Positions 1-13,200 of a DNA stretch of 64,000 nt are shown piece by piece (position 1 is the stretch's first letter; each line of letters starts with the position of its first letter). The position numbers and the translations under genes are program-made. Origin of the DNA: Mobula hypostoma (Eukaryota). The stretch spans positions 96,906,001-96,970,000 of the forward strand of contig NC_086109.1 in assembly GCF_963921235.1 (NCBI RefSeq). The letters are read 5' to 3'. The notes beneath the pieces were generated by a model. It worked only from the letters and a program-made list of their open reading frames with translations. It was not told the DNA's origin and did no database searches.

Positions 1-229
1 TGTGCCTATCTAAAAGTCCCTTATTAGCCTCTACCCCCATCCCTGGCAGTGTAATCCAGGCATTCATCACTCACTGTGTGAAAGAAAATAATCCACCTCT
101 GACACCTTGCCCTTACTTTGCTCCACTTTCCTTAAACAGATATCCGACGGTGCCGGCCATCATGGCCTAGCTGTCCCTCCTAATCTTGTAAACCCACTGC
201 GGGGTCTATGCCTCGCTAAAGGGAATCAA

Positions 230-410
230 GTAACAGAAGCAGCAGACACACCAGGTCAGGCAGCGTCTGGAAGGGAACAAACAGTTGTTTGGGTCTGAGA
301 CCCTTCACCAGGACCGACTGTTCCTCTCCATAGACGCTGCCTGGCCCGGCCCGGCCCGGCCCGCCGGGTCCCCCCGCGTTTTCTGTGGCTTTCCAGCACC
401 CGCAGAAAGG
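230..410. mobile_element. Degenerate fold-back Penelope-like (PLE) terminal-repeat insert
   Basis: aggcagcgtct...agacgctgcct inverted arms and gagacccttcaccagga, same family as 17179 and 30129. Confidence 0.5.
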
Positions 411-1230
411 CTTGTGTTACCGGCACCGTTACTGTGAGGCTCCTATAAAACTGTGCTGGAGCCCCAGTTCCTCCTCAGAGAGGTACTCGTCCTGCGGGAG
501 GTTCTGTCAGCGGGCTGGGTTTCTTCCTGCGGCCACTCTCGGGAGGGCGGAAGGCCGGAAGGGAAAAGGAACAAGGCGAGTGAATACTGCATTAGATTCT
601 GTCAGCTTAAAGGGAAAAGGTGACCCGGAATCTTTAGCGGGGCTCGGAAAGTGCAGAGGAATGGGAGGGGCAGGAGAGCGGCCTGGCGCTGCGGCAGCCC
701 GGAGCTCTGGTGAGGGGGCAGCCCAGCGGGAGGAATCGGCGGCGGGGGCAGAGCGCCAGGGGCGGGGAGAGGCCCAGTCTGAGCCCGGGAGTGAGGCCAA
801 GGCCCCGGGGTAAAGGGGAGGCAACGCTGGTCGGCCGGGGCTGTGTTAGTCGGGCTGGGCTGGGGGGGTGGACCGAGGCCTGAAGCGCTGCCTCGGACGT
901 TCCTGGAGCACCGACCTCTCCTCCGGATTGCAGAGCAGAGTCTTGGCGGCGGCGGGTAACCGGGGAGGGGGGTCGGGCCGGGCCTCCCCCGTCCCCACTT
1001 ACCGCCCTGACCTTTCCCCATTAACCCCACAGGAGGCGGCGAATGTGAGGCCCGGCGCCGACCGCCGTACCATGGAGCCAGGGCACTGGGCACAGGGCAC
1101 CGCTGATGGGCTCACGGCCCCCGCAGGTACGCCGGGGGAGGGACCGGGAGGTGGGGAGCAACTGAACGGCTGACGCTGCGGGGTATCCCCGGGGAAGGAG
1201 GCTGATCCCGGCTGGTCTAGGGTGGGGGGG
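340..1230. promoter_or_regulatory. CpG island / promoter of BLOC1S6 (possibly bidirectional)
   Basis: GC- and CpG-dense stretch with GC-box-like motifs surrounding the BLOC1S6 ATG; flanking DNA is CpG-poor. Confidence 0.75.
1072..1126 (+). CDS. BLOC1S6: BLOC1S6 coding exon 1 (MEPGHWAQGTADGLTAPA)
   Basis: Strong Kozak ACCATGG in the CpG island; donor CAG|GTACGC; phase 1 joins exon 2 in frame. The N-terminus is poorly conserved, so this exon is less certain. Confidence 0.75.
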
Positions 1231-4200
1231 GGGGTAGGAGGCACCGGCAGTGGAGTTGGTGGTGTCAGGGTGGAGATCGGTGCGGTCAGGATGGAGATCG
1301 GTGCGGTCAGGATGAAGATCGGTATGGTCAGGGTGGGGATCGATGTGGTCAGGATGGAGATCGGTGTGGTGGTCAGGGTGGAGATCGGTGTGGCAGGGTG
1401 ACGAGGGGTGTGGTCAGGACAGAGATCGGTGTGGTGGTCAGGATGGAGATTGGTGTTGTGGTCAGGGTGAGGTCCATGGGTGACAGGCCTATGTGAGATC
1501 CGTGGGAGCGGGTGGCAGTCTGGGTGAGGATCCATTGGGAGTATGGTGGTCAGGTTTAGGATCCATGGGGTGGGAGGTCCAGGTGAGACCCCTGTTGGAG
1601 GGGGGGAGGTCCAGGTGAGACCCCTGTTGGAAGGGGAGAGGTCCAGGTGGAATCTCTGTTGGGGGGGGAGGTCCAGGTGAGACCCCTGTTGGAGGGGGGG
1701 AGGTCCAGGTGAGACTCCTGTGTGGGGGGGGGGAGGTCCAGGTGAAACCCCTGTTGGGGGGGGAGGTCCAGGTGAGATCCCTGTTGGGTGGGGGGGAAGG
1801 TCAGGGTGAGGTCCATGGAGGAGGGGGGCAGGCCCAGGTAAGAGCCACATGTTAATGAAGGAGTTTAATCTGATTAATGTGAGGTGATGTATTTTGCAAG
1901 TAAGTAATCATAACATGGTTCGGAAGATAGAGGCGGTGCTGGCCTTTGTTAATCGGGGCAGGGAGGTTATACCCCACATTTATATTGGTGAAACCTCACC
2001 TGGAGTAATGTGTGCAGTTCTGGTTACCACATGACAGGACACGTTTGATAATTCTGAAGAGAGGGCAGAGAGGTTTCACCTGGGATGGATCAAGAATTAG
2101 AATCTGGATTAGGTTTTCAGCACTCTCTTCTATGATGTGAATTTGTCGTTTTGGATAGGCATGAAGTTACTAGATATTAGAAGATTTATATATAGTGTAA
2201 AAAACGAGGAAGTGTTAATGCAGCATTCAGAAATCTGATGGCAGCAGGAAGAATCTGTTCCCTGAATTACTGAGTGTGGGTCTTGTGACATTTCATTAAT
2301 GAGGAGAGACTGGAAGGCTACATGTTTTCCCTGGAGCTGAGGGTGTTAAGGGGAAGGATGATTGAGGTATATAATTGTGAGAGGTTAATATAATTATGTT
2401 CGAATGCAGAAAAAAAATCAAGGCAAGTGCAATGTTGGCATTCCTTTCGAGAGGACGAGAATGTAAAAGCAAAGATGTAATGTTGAGGCTTCATAAAGCA
2501 CTCTGAGGCCTCACTTGGAGTACTATGAGCAGTTTTGGGCCCCTTTTTCTAAGAAAGGATGTTCTGACATTGGAGAGGGTTCAGAGGAGGTTCACAAAAA
2601 TATTCTAGGAATGAAAGGGCTACCATATGAGGACCAATTGATGGCTCTGGACCTGTACTCACTGCAATTCAGAAGAATGAATGGGGATCTCATTAAAACC
2701 TATAGAATGTTGAAAGGCCTTGATAGAGTGGATGTGGAGAGAGTGTCTCTAGTATTGGGAGAGTCTAGAACTAGTGGGCACAGCCTCAGAATAGAGGGAC
2801 GTCCATTAAGAACAGAGATAAGAAGAAATTTCTTCAGCCAGAGATTGGGAATTCGTTGCCACAGGCGGACGTAGAGGTCAAGTCATTGGGCATAGTTAAG
2901 GCAGATGTTGATAGATTCTTGATTAGTCAGAGCAGGAAGAGATACAGGGAGAAAGCAGGAGTTTGGGGCTGCGAGGGAGATGAGGAGGGATTTCTTGATG
3001 AAATGGTGTAGCAGCCTCAATTCTGCTCCTGTATATTATGGTCGTATACTTCCCCTTTCTGAATAGAACAGGAGACTGTGATTGGGATGTTTTTCAGCAC
3101 GGGATTGGTGGCCACGTGGAATACACTGCCAGAGGGAGTGGTGGAGCTGAGTCACTGAAGGCATTAAAGTGACTCAATGAACACTTGTATCTCTTAGGCA
3201 CAAATCACAGGTTTTGAGGAGGTAACCAGGACAGGTGAGGTAGCCAGTGCGATCCATGGACTTTACTGAACTTTTTGACATGGTGCATGGTGGGCTGGTG
3301 TAAGACCATAAGGCAAAATGGATTTGAGGTAAACTGGATTTCTGATAGGAAGGAGAGGGTAATACCGGTTGGGTGTTTGTGATTGGAAGTGTGTATCAAG
3401 TGGTGTACTACAGGGATTAGATCTGGGGCCTCATAATGGATGAGAATGTATGATGGGTCAATTTGTAGACGATGCAGATATTGTTGGAGTGATAGACAGT
3501 GAAGCTTATCCTGGAGTACTGTTGGACATAGATCACCTGGAAGGTTGGATGGGGCAGTCGCTGAGGGAATTTAATGCAGACGACTGTGAGGTAACGTTCT
3601 GTCAGCTTTCTGAGTGAGTTGTACACTGTAAGCTTCTGTGAAGCAGGCACTGGGACACCATTTATATCTCATACCTCTGTAGCCTCTCACTGGTTGGATC
3701 ACATGCATCACTTTTATTTCCCAGCCAAATTAGACATATTTCCCCAGATTGCACTTCATTGGTAAATTCTTTGCCCACACAATCTGCTGTAATCCAATTG
3801 GAATTGGTTTACCATTGTCACATGTACTGAGACACAGTGAAAAACTTGTCCTGCGAGCTGTTCGTACAGATCAGATCCTTACACAGTGCGCTAAGATAGA
3901 ACAAGGTAAATCAATAACAGAATGCAGAATAAAGTGTAACAGCTACTGAGAAAATGTAGTGTGGGCAGACAATAAGGTGCAAGCAAGATTTAATGAGATA
4001 GGTTATAGATTGTGAGGTCAAAAGTCGATTTTCTTGTTCAAGGGAATCATTCAATAGTCTTACAACAGCAGATAGAGGCTGTCCTTGAGTCCTCAGGCTT
4101 TCGTATCTTCTGCCCAATGGAGGGGGGGCGGGAGAAGAAAGAAGGGTGTGTGTGGGTGCTGGCTGCTTTACCGAGGCAGTACGAAGTGTAGACAGAGTCC

Positions 4201-7200
4201 GTGGAGGGGAGGCCGGTTTCTGTGAACTGCTGGGCAATGACCACAGTTTCTACACAAGAGAAAATCTGCAGATGCTGGAAATCCGAGCAACGCACACAAA
4301 ATGCTGGAGGTACTCGGCAAGCCAGGCAGTCTCTACGGAAAAAAGTACAGTCGACATTTCAAGCCGAGACCTTTCAGCAAGACTGGAGAAAAAAAGATGA
4401 GGGGTAGATTTAAAAGGTGGGGTGGGGTGGTGAGAAACACAAGGTGATGGGTGTTCATCAAATTCTCAAACTTCTGTTATTGCCTCCCTCCCTCTTCTCC
4501 TTCACCATTCTCCATCCCTTTTTTCCCCTCTCTCACTTTATCTCTTTGCCCACCCATCGCCTCCCTCTGGTGCTCTTTCTCTCTTTTCTTTCTTCCATGG
4601 CCTTCTGTCCTCTCCTATTAGATTCCCCCTCCTCCAGCCCTGTATCTCTTTCACCAATCAACTTCCCAGCTCTTTGCTTCATCCCTCTCCCTCCTAGTTT
4701 CACCTATCACCTTGTGTTTCTCCCTCCCCTTCCCTCAACTTTTAAATCTACTCATCTTTTTTTCTCCAGTCCCAATGAAAGGTCTTGGCCCAAAACATCA
4801 ACTGTACTTTTTTCCACAGATGCTGCCTGGCCTGCTGAGTTCCTCCAGCATTTTGTGTGTGTTGCTCTGCAGTTTCTTGTTCCAGCACCCAGCTGTTATG
4901 CATCCAGATAGGATGCTTTCAAAGGTGCATTGAAAACAAATTGGCAAGAGTTGACAGGGTACTTTCCCACCTCTTTGTGCCTTCAGCAGGGCTACCAAAC
5001 AAGCCTTCAGTAATCCAGCTCTCCTAACCACAAAGCGGTGTAGGTGTGTGGCAGCTGAACACGTTACATGTGTTAACCCAAAGTTGAGAGTACATTTTGA
5101 CAGAGCTTCTGTGGACAGATCAGAGTGTTGCTTACTGTAGTGTGGGTAACAGTCGTGTTTGTGCTCCTTCCTGTGTCTCAGCTGTCACTGAAGGCGGCCT
5201 GGAGTACGAGGACTCGGGCGAACTGATCTGTGTGAATCAGGAGACTGTGGAGAAGCTGACAGAAGGGTTAATCTCTCACTATCTCCCGGATCTGAAGCAA
5301 CTGAAAAATGCCCTCCAGGAACTGACGTACGTCTGTGAATGTATTCAGTCTCGGCCATTGATTGTTTCATTGGATGCTAAGTCTAAGGGAAATGGGGAGC
5401 ATTGATATCCCCACAGAAAGTGGCAACGCAGGGAGTCAGAGGGGTATACGAGGCATACAGCAAACATACTTTCACCATTTGGAGTGTTGACCATAAAAGG
5501 TCCAGAGGAGCTTCACGAGAATGCTTCTGGGAATGAAAGAGTTAACATATGATGAGTGTGTGAGTGATGGCTCTGGGCCTATACTCACTGGAGTGTAGAA
5601 GAACGGGGGGTGGAGGTGGAATGTCATTGAGTCCTATCACATATTGAAAGGCCTAGGTAGAATAGATGTGGAGAGATGTTTCCTATGGTGGAGGAGTCTA
5701 GAACCAGAGGACACAGCCTCAGAATAGAGGGACCTCCATTTAGAACAGAGATAAGGAGGAATTTCTTTATCCAGAGGGTGTTGAATCTGTGGAATTCATT
5801 GCCACAGACGGCTGTGGAGTCCAGGTCATTGGGTATATTTAAATGGAGGTTGATGGGTTCTTGATTAGTCAGGCTGTCAAAGGTTATGGAAGAAGGCAAG
5901 AGAATTGGGTTGAGAGGGATAATAAATCAGTCTGATGGAATGGCGGAGCAGATTCGATAGGCCGAATGGCCCACTTCTGCTCTTATGTCTAATGGTCTTA
6001 TGGACTTAAAGGTTGGGATGTCATGTTGCAGCTGTATAAAACGTTCAGAGTATTGTGTGCAGTGTCAGGTGTGGGTGGGGAGAATAGGTAGGAGAGGGGA
6101 TTATCAAGTGTGAAGCAATTTGCTTTACTTGTGAACCACAAACAAAATGCTGGAGGAACTCAGAAGGTCTGGCAGCATTTATGGAAAAGAGTACAGACGA
6201 TGTTTTGGGCCAAGACCCTTCATCAAGACTGGAAAGGCGGGGGGGCGGGTAGAGGCCAGAATAAGATGGTAGGGGTAGTGGGGTCAGAGTAGGTGACAGG
6301 TGAGACCAGGTGAGGGGGAAGGTGAGTGAGTGGGGATAGTGGGTCAGAGTACAAGCTGACAGGTGATAAGTGAGACCAGGTGAGGGGGAAGGTGGGTGGT
6401 AGGGGTAGTGGGGTCAGAGTAAGTGATAGGTGAGACCAGGTGAGGGGGAGGAATTAAGTGAGAATCTATTGTGTTTACGATGTGCTTTCGGTATTGGGTG
6501 ATTGTGAACGACCTGCCCCGTAGTTGAGCGGAGACCCTTCATTAAGACTGGAAAGGCATACGGGGGGGTGGGGGGGTGGGAGAAGCCAGAAGCCAGAATA
6601 AGGTGGTAGCAGATTGACAGTCTGTTCCTCTGTGAATTCTAGCACCAGGCTTCTCGCTGGGAGTGAGTGTGTGGTGTCTGAAGTGGGGCTGAGAGCAGTG
6701 TCGGGCTTTCTCTCTCCTTAAATCTGTTTGTGTTCACATTTTAGACAAAATCAAGTGGTTCTGTTGGACACTTTGGAACAGCAGATCGCCAAATTCCGCG
6801 AGTGCCATCTGGTGCTGGATATCAACGCTCTAGTGAGTACAGTGTGGAACAGAGGCAGTCGGGCAACAGAGAGAAATGGCTTCAGGGTCCAATTCTCCCC
6901 TGCCCCTACCAGCTCATTGGAAAAACTCTCCACTTGCCTACAACAGAGGCAAAGTTGAAGAGTAGCAGGGGTAACCGGGATCTCTGCTGCACTGCTCTGT
7001 ATGTTTGTGGCTGCACCAACCCATGTCTCTCTGGTTCCAAGAGCAAAGTTACTCACTGGGTACTGGGGTGGGACACGCGGGATTCACAGGAGGAGAGGTT
7101 TCTCTGCTAATAATGTTAAAGGTTAAAAGGTGGATTTGCAATAAAATGTGCTTGGATAAATAAATGCTGGGTCAGACCCACAGCAGGATGGGAAATGTGA

Positions 7201-10200
7201 CTTCTGCAATTTTTGATAATTAGGACGTAGATGCTATTTCAGGATTCTAGTTTGGTTAAAGTCAGTTCCAGTACACGAGCGTAAAGGAGAATGAAATTAA
7301 GGATCCAGTGCTTTCCCAGCATACATGATGAATGAACTCTTCTCGGGCTGCCAGCCGGGTGCAGATACCGATTTTAACTGATGTTTCGGACAAACTCTGC
7401 CCTCTTTGTCAGGGATGATGCCTGGGCATCTCTAGTCCAGTGGTATGTAAAACACAATAAGTATAAATAATTGAGATAACAGATCCATAGATGCAATGCA
7501 CAGGAGTGTCTGTACGTAAGGGTCTAACAGGAAATGATAAAGTAGTGGTGGTTGGGGTTGTGGAGGGCTGAGTTGGTGGCTGGATGTTTTGTTCAACATT
7601 GCTACTTGGGGAGACATGGAGCGAACATGATTGCTGGAGGATCTCGGCGGGGGAATGTTGGGCAGCATCTCTGGTGGCAAAGGAGTACATGATACTTCAG
7701 TCCAGGAGCTAGCAAAGGGCTTAGAACTGGTCCATTGCCGCAGTGGGAATGAGGTGTCATTGACTGGACTGGTCCCAGGAGAGTGGATGTACAGTGTGAG
7801 GAAAGGCTTGAATAGACCAGGCTTGTGTTTCCTGGTGTTTGGTGGAATTGGGAGTGATCTCAGAGCTCAGTTGACAGTGCAGGGTAAGTTGGATGTAGGG
7901 AGGATGTGTGTCTGCCTAATGAGCCCAGAACCAGGGGCTCACACTCTTTGAAAAACAAGTGAGTCATGTTCGACTGAGATGAGGAGAAACTTCTTGCCTT
8001 GGAAGGTAGTGAATCTTTGGAATTATTGACCAGAGCATCTGTCTTCATTGGCCTTCAGAAATCTAAGTATTGAATACAGGAGTTGGGATATTATGTTGAA
8101 GCTGTAAAAGATGTTAGTGAAGCCTAAATTAGAGTATTGTGTGTGGTTCAGGTGACCTACCCACAGGAGAAATAGCAATAAGATTGAAACAGTGCAGAGA
8201 AAATTTAGAAGGATGTTGCCAGGAGTTTGCTACAGTGGTGGCCAGTCGGAGGTCGGAAGCCTGTGAAGGTTTGCTGATTAAGTACACTTTGTAGAAAAGG
8301 CAGTGGCTCACGACAGTTTGGAGCCTTGAGCAACGTCCAATCTGTAACTGATTGGCAACAACAAATTAAAGTAAGGCTGGGACAGAGTTAGAGGGGAGTT
8401 TTTGAGGCTTCAGCAAGGAGAGGCTTCATTCAGAGAAGGCAAACAAGTAGGTAGAGTTCCCCCCAACACCCACCCCACAGTTCTTCCTTCTTTATATCTG
8501 CTTAACTGGACAGTAGAGATGCCTGGCGGGAGAGTTGAATGCTCCGGTGATTGGGGATTTCTTGTGGGATGTGGGAAGGCAGGGAGACCTCCGGTGTCTC
8601 TGAATACTACAACTGCAGGAAGTGCGTCCAGCTGCAGCCTCTAACAGTCTGCGTTAAGGAGTCGGAGCTGGAACCGGATGAACAGGTAATTTGGGGGGCT
8701 GAGAGAGTAATAGATAGGACATATGGAGAGGTAGTTACACCTAAGATGCAGGACGCAGGACACTGGGAGACAGTCAGGAAGGGGAAAGGGGTGAAGGAGC
8801 CAGTGCAGAGTACCCCTGTGGCCGACCCCCTCAACAACGGGTACATCACTTTGGATACTGTCTGGGGAAATCACCTAACAGGAAAGACACAGTGATCCAG
8901 TCTCTGGCATTGAGTCTGAGTGACTCAGACGGAAGGAGTGAGAACAGATGTGCTTTGGTGATTAGGGATTTGTTCACTGGGGAACAGACAGGATGTTCTG
9001 TGGGTGAGAATGAGATTCCCAGATGGTGTGTTACCTCCCGGGTGCCAGGGGCCAGGACATCTGGGATCGAGTCCTCGGCATTCTTAAGTGGGAGGGTGAA
9101 CAGCCAGAAGTCGTGGTCCATGCAGGTACCAATGATGTGGGTGGGACGAGTGACGAGGTTCTGCACTGGGACTTCAGAGGGTTAGGTGCTAGGTTAAAGG
9201 GCAGGACCTGCAGGGTTGTGATCTCAGGATTGCCACCCACACCACGTACCAGCGAGGTCAGCACAGGGAAGATTTTACAGTTTACTATGTAGCTAAGGAG
9301 TTGGTGTAGGAGGGAGGGCATAAGATGTTTGGATCATCATCCAGGGAAGGTGGAACCTCTACAGAAAAGATGGTTTGCACCTCAACTGGAAGGGGACTAA
9401 TATAAGATATAGGAGCAGAATTAGACCATTTGGCCCATCGAGCCTGCTTTGCCATTTCATCATGCTGATCCATTTTCCCTCTCAGCCCCAGTCTCCTGCC
9501 TTTCCTCCGTATCCCTTCATATCCTGACCAGTCAAGAATCTATCAACCTCTGCCTTAAATGTACATAAAGACTTGGCCTTCCACAGTTGCCTGTGGCAAC
9601 GAATTCCATAGATTCACCACTCTCTGGCTAAAGAAATCCCTCCTCATCTCCATTCTAAAAGGATGCCCTCTCCACATCCACTCTATCAAGGTCTTTTAAT
9701 ATTCAATAGGTTTCACTGAGGTCATCCCTCATTTCTGAATTCTAGTGAATACGGGCCCAGAGCCATCAAACACTACCGGAGGAACTAGACCAGGGAGAGA
9801 ACGAGGAGGAGTGACTAACTGGGCAAAGGGGCAAGGTTAGCGGGAGAATTAGCGGAAGGCTAGCGGGAGAATTAGCGGAAGGTTAGTGGGAGAACGAGGA
9901 GGAGGAGTAACCAGGCAAAGGGGCAAGGTTAGCAGGAGAATTAGCATTGCTAACCTGTTCTGTTACAGTTGTTTTTGAATGGACTCATTAGCAGAATCAT
10001 AGAGTAGTACAGCACAGAGAAAGGCCAATCGGCCCATCTGGTGCATGCTGAACTATTCTGCCCAGTCCCATCTATCTGCACCTGGTCCATTGCCCTCCAC
10101 ACACCTCACAGGTACACTCAGTGGCAACTCTATTACGTATCTCCTGTGCCGAATAAAGTAACGACTGAGTCTATGTTGGTGGTCTGCTGCTGCTGCAGCC

Positions 10201-13200
10201 CACGATGCGTCGTGCGTTCAGAGAGGTTCTTCTGCACACCACTGTTGTAACGTGAGGTTAGCTGAGTTCCTTTCACCTTGACCCAGCCTGGCCATTCCCC
10301 TCTGAACAAATGGGGTAAATCACACTGTGCAGCACCAGCAAACCTTCCCGCTAGGATACTGGACTAGAATATAAAAGCAAGAATGGAATGTGGAGACTGG
10401 TGACGAATCGTACAATGTTAGAATCCCTATTTAAAATGTCCCATTCCAAATCTGCATTTGAAATAATTATGATGGTCTGATCAAGTGATTTCCTGCCCCC
10501 CCCCCCCCGCCGACCCCGACCAACAGTAGAATCTCCTGGTCCGTCTAGACCAGGCAGAGGCAGATTTAAACCCTCAGTCTGGCTTTGCTAGGGAGGTGTG
10601 GAGGTTGGGTTTGACAGTTGGTGAACAGTTGTGTTGGAAAGGTAAAGACAAAGTGTGTCGTGGAAGAAGCTCTGTATATTTTTAAATTTTTGTACATATA
10701 TGTTTGTTTTTATTTGTCTATTTGTAAATATTTTCTCTTCACAACTTTTGGTCAGTTTTTGGACATTTTTCATCCAGCACTAAGTAAGACCCCCTGCAGT
10801 AACGTACTGTTGCAGCTGCCTGTCTGTGTTTCTCCCCCAAATGCTGACCCTCGTTGGCCATGCTGACCCACACCTGACAGTGAGGTGTGACAACAATTGA
10901 TCCCCCAGCATCCAGAAACACATGGGGGCATGGTAGGAAATGGCGTCGTGGTGAAGGAGCAGCCACGGTGTGTCTGAATGGCAGAGCAGAATATTTACTT
11001 CACCTCCCACTGCGGGTTCTGAGCGAGGGGGGGGACGGAGCCAGTCACCAGCTACAGAGTAGGACTCCAGCTGTGTACTGGTCTTGGCATCTGAAATGTG
11101 GTTACTGGTAAATATCGAACTGGTCAGATATTGGGTGCCGTTCATCTGCAAGATGATGTTCAGAGCCAGAGGCATCATTCTACCCGGCANNNNNNNNNNN
11201 NNNNNNNNNNNNNNNNNNNNNNNNNNNNNNNNNNNNNNNNNNNNNNNNNNNNNNNNNNNNNNNNNNNNNNNNNNNNNNNNNNNNNNNNNNNNNNNNNNNN
11301 NNNNNNNNNNNNNNNNNNNNNNNNNNNNNNNNNNNNNNNNNNNNNNNNNNNNNNNNNNNNNNNNNNNNNNNNNNNNNNNNNNNNNNNNNNNNNNNNNNNN
11401 NNNNNNNNNNNNNNNNNNNNNNNNNNNNNNNNNNNNNNNNNNNNNNNNNNNTCTCTCTCACTCTCAGTCTCTCACTCTCAATCTCTCTATCTCACACACA
11501 CACACACACACAGTCTCAGCTCAAGATTTGACAGAAGATTTTCAAGGGATTTTTTTTCTCTGCGTGGTGCTTTTGCACTTCTCCTCACCTGCCCCTGGTG
11601 TCTCTCCTCCTTCCCTTTCTCCTATGGTCCACTCTCTTATCAGATTCCTCCTTCAGCCTTTTATCTTTTTCAGCTGTCACCTTTCAGCTTGTTCTCCCTC
11701 CCCTCCCCCCACCCTCTTATTCTGGCAACTTCCCGCTTCCTTTCCGGTCCCGATGAACAGTCTCAGCCCGAAACATTGACTGTTTATTCCTCTCCATAGA
11801 TGCTGCCCGACCTGCCGGGTTACTCCAGCATTTTGTGTGTGTTGCTCTGGATTTCCAGAATCTGCAAAGTCTCTCTGTGTTCATATATTTTCCTGTAGTT
11901 CACAGAGGCCAAATGTTACCACGATAAACTGGTGAACATTCGGAGGGAAATGGTCATGTTGCATGAAAGGACGACAAGACTGAAGGTATGGAACCCCACG
12001 ACTCGTCCTGAATGGAGCTTCTAACCACCCACGAACCCCGGACATGTTACTATCAGCCCTCTCTCCACTTTGCCTGCATTCTCTGTACTTTAGCACTGCA
12101 GCACAGAAACACATAGGCCCTTCAGCCCCACTGTTTCATGCCAACCCAAGGTGCTCATCTGCACTATTCCAATTTGCCCATATCTCACCTTTCCACCCCA
12201 TGTATCTGACCACTTGTCTAATAAAACTCGTTACTGAAGCTGCCTTAACCACGTCCTCTGATTTTCAGATTTCAGACCCAGAGTGGTGGAGGAAGGGGCT
12301 TCAGGACTCAGACTCTGTTCGTCTGGGATAACTCCAGGCATGGAGCTCCGTGGGATGGGTGGAGACTTTCCAGGCCTTGTTTTATTTTTAATTACAGTAT
12401 GTTACCGACCCCTGCTATCACTTGCTGATGGTGCATTTTCCGTTTGTCACACTCCTGACGTGCCAGCAGCCGGGAGACCTGATACTTATCACCCACCATT
12501 GACCACACTTCAGCTTGTGGTGACACTGCCTGTTGTGCAGTGTTGGCAAGTGGATTTGGGGCTTTAAATGGTGGAAGTGGGAATGCAGTCCAGCAATCGG
12601 TAAATCCCGGTTGCCTGATCCAGGATCAGATGGGAACGGTCAAGGAATGATCGATCTGGTTGACTCCTGTTGTCGCTGGGGGTGCTTTACTTCAGCCAAA
12701 GGCAGGCAATGTCCGTGCCTCCAGAAATGGGATGAATTTTGGCTGTTGTCATTCACTGACTATCTTCACAGTTACTTTTAGCTGCTCCTTTATCATAGTG
12801 TTTGTCAATGGCTTTGTATCAGCCCCGTCCCTGCGGTTCCCAAGGACCCCTCGACCCTGCAGTGCCCACTGGCCCTCATGCTGTGGTCTTTAATTTGAGG
12901 TTTGGAGTTTTCTGCTGTGCTTGAATTCTGCCTTCTGTGACAACCCCACCATGTCCTGTGGGGATCGGCGTTCCGGGTCTGTGGGGAACGTGGGGATCGG
13001 CGTTCCGGGTCTGTGGGGAACGTGGGGATCGGTGTTCCAGATCTGTGGGGATCGGCATTCTGGGGGACGTGGGGAATATGGGGACCAGTGTTCTGCAGAT
13101 GTGGGGCTCAGTGTTCTGGGGGATGTGGGGACATGGGGATCGGCGTTCCAGGTCTGTGGGGAACGTGGGGATCGGTGTTCCGGATCTGTGGGGAACTTGG

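Noticed and set aside
385-1093. 100-160 aa ORFs in the CpG island
   Set aside because: GC-rich stop-poor sequence with no recognisable protein family; no SLC30A4 coding sequence seen
11084-11799. 231-233 aa ORFs
   Set aside because: Span the N gap; artefacts
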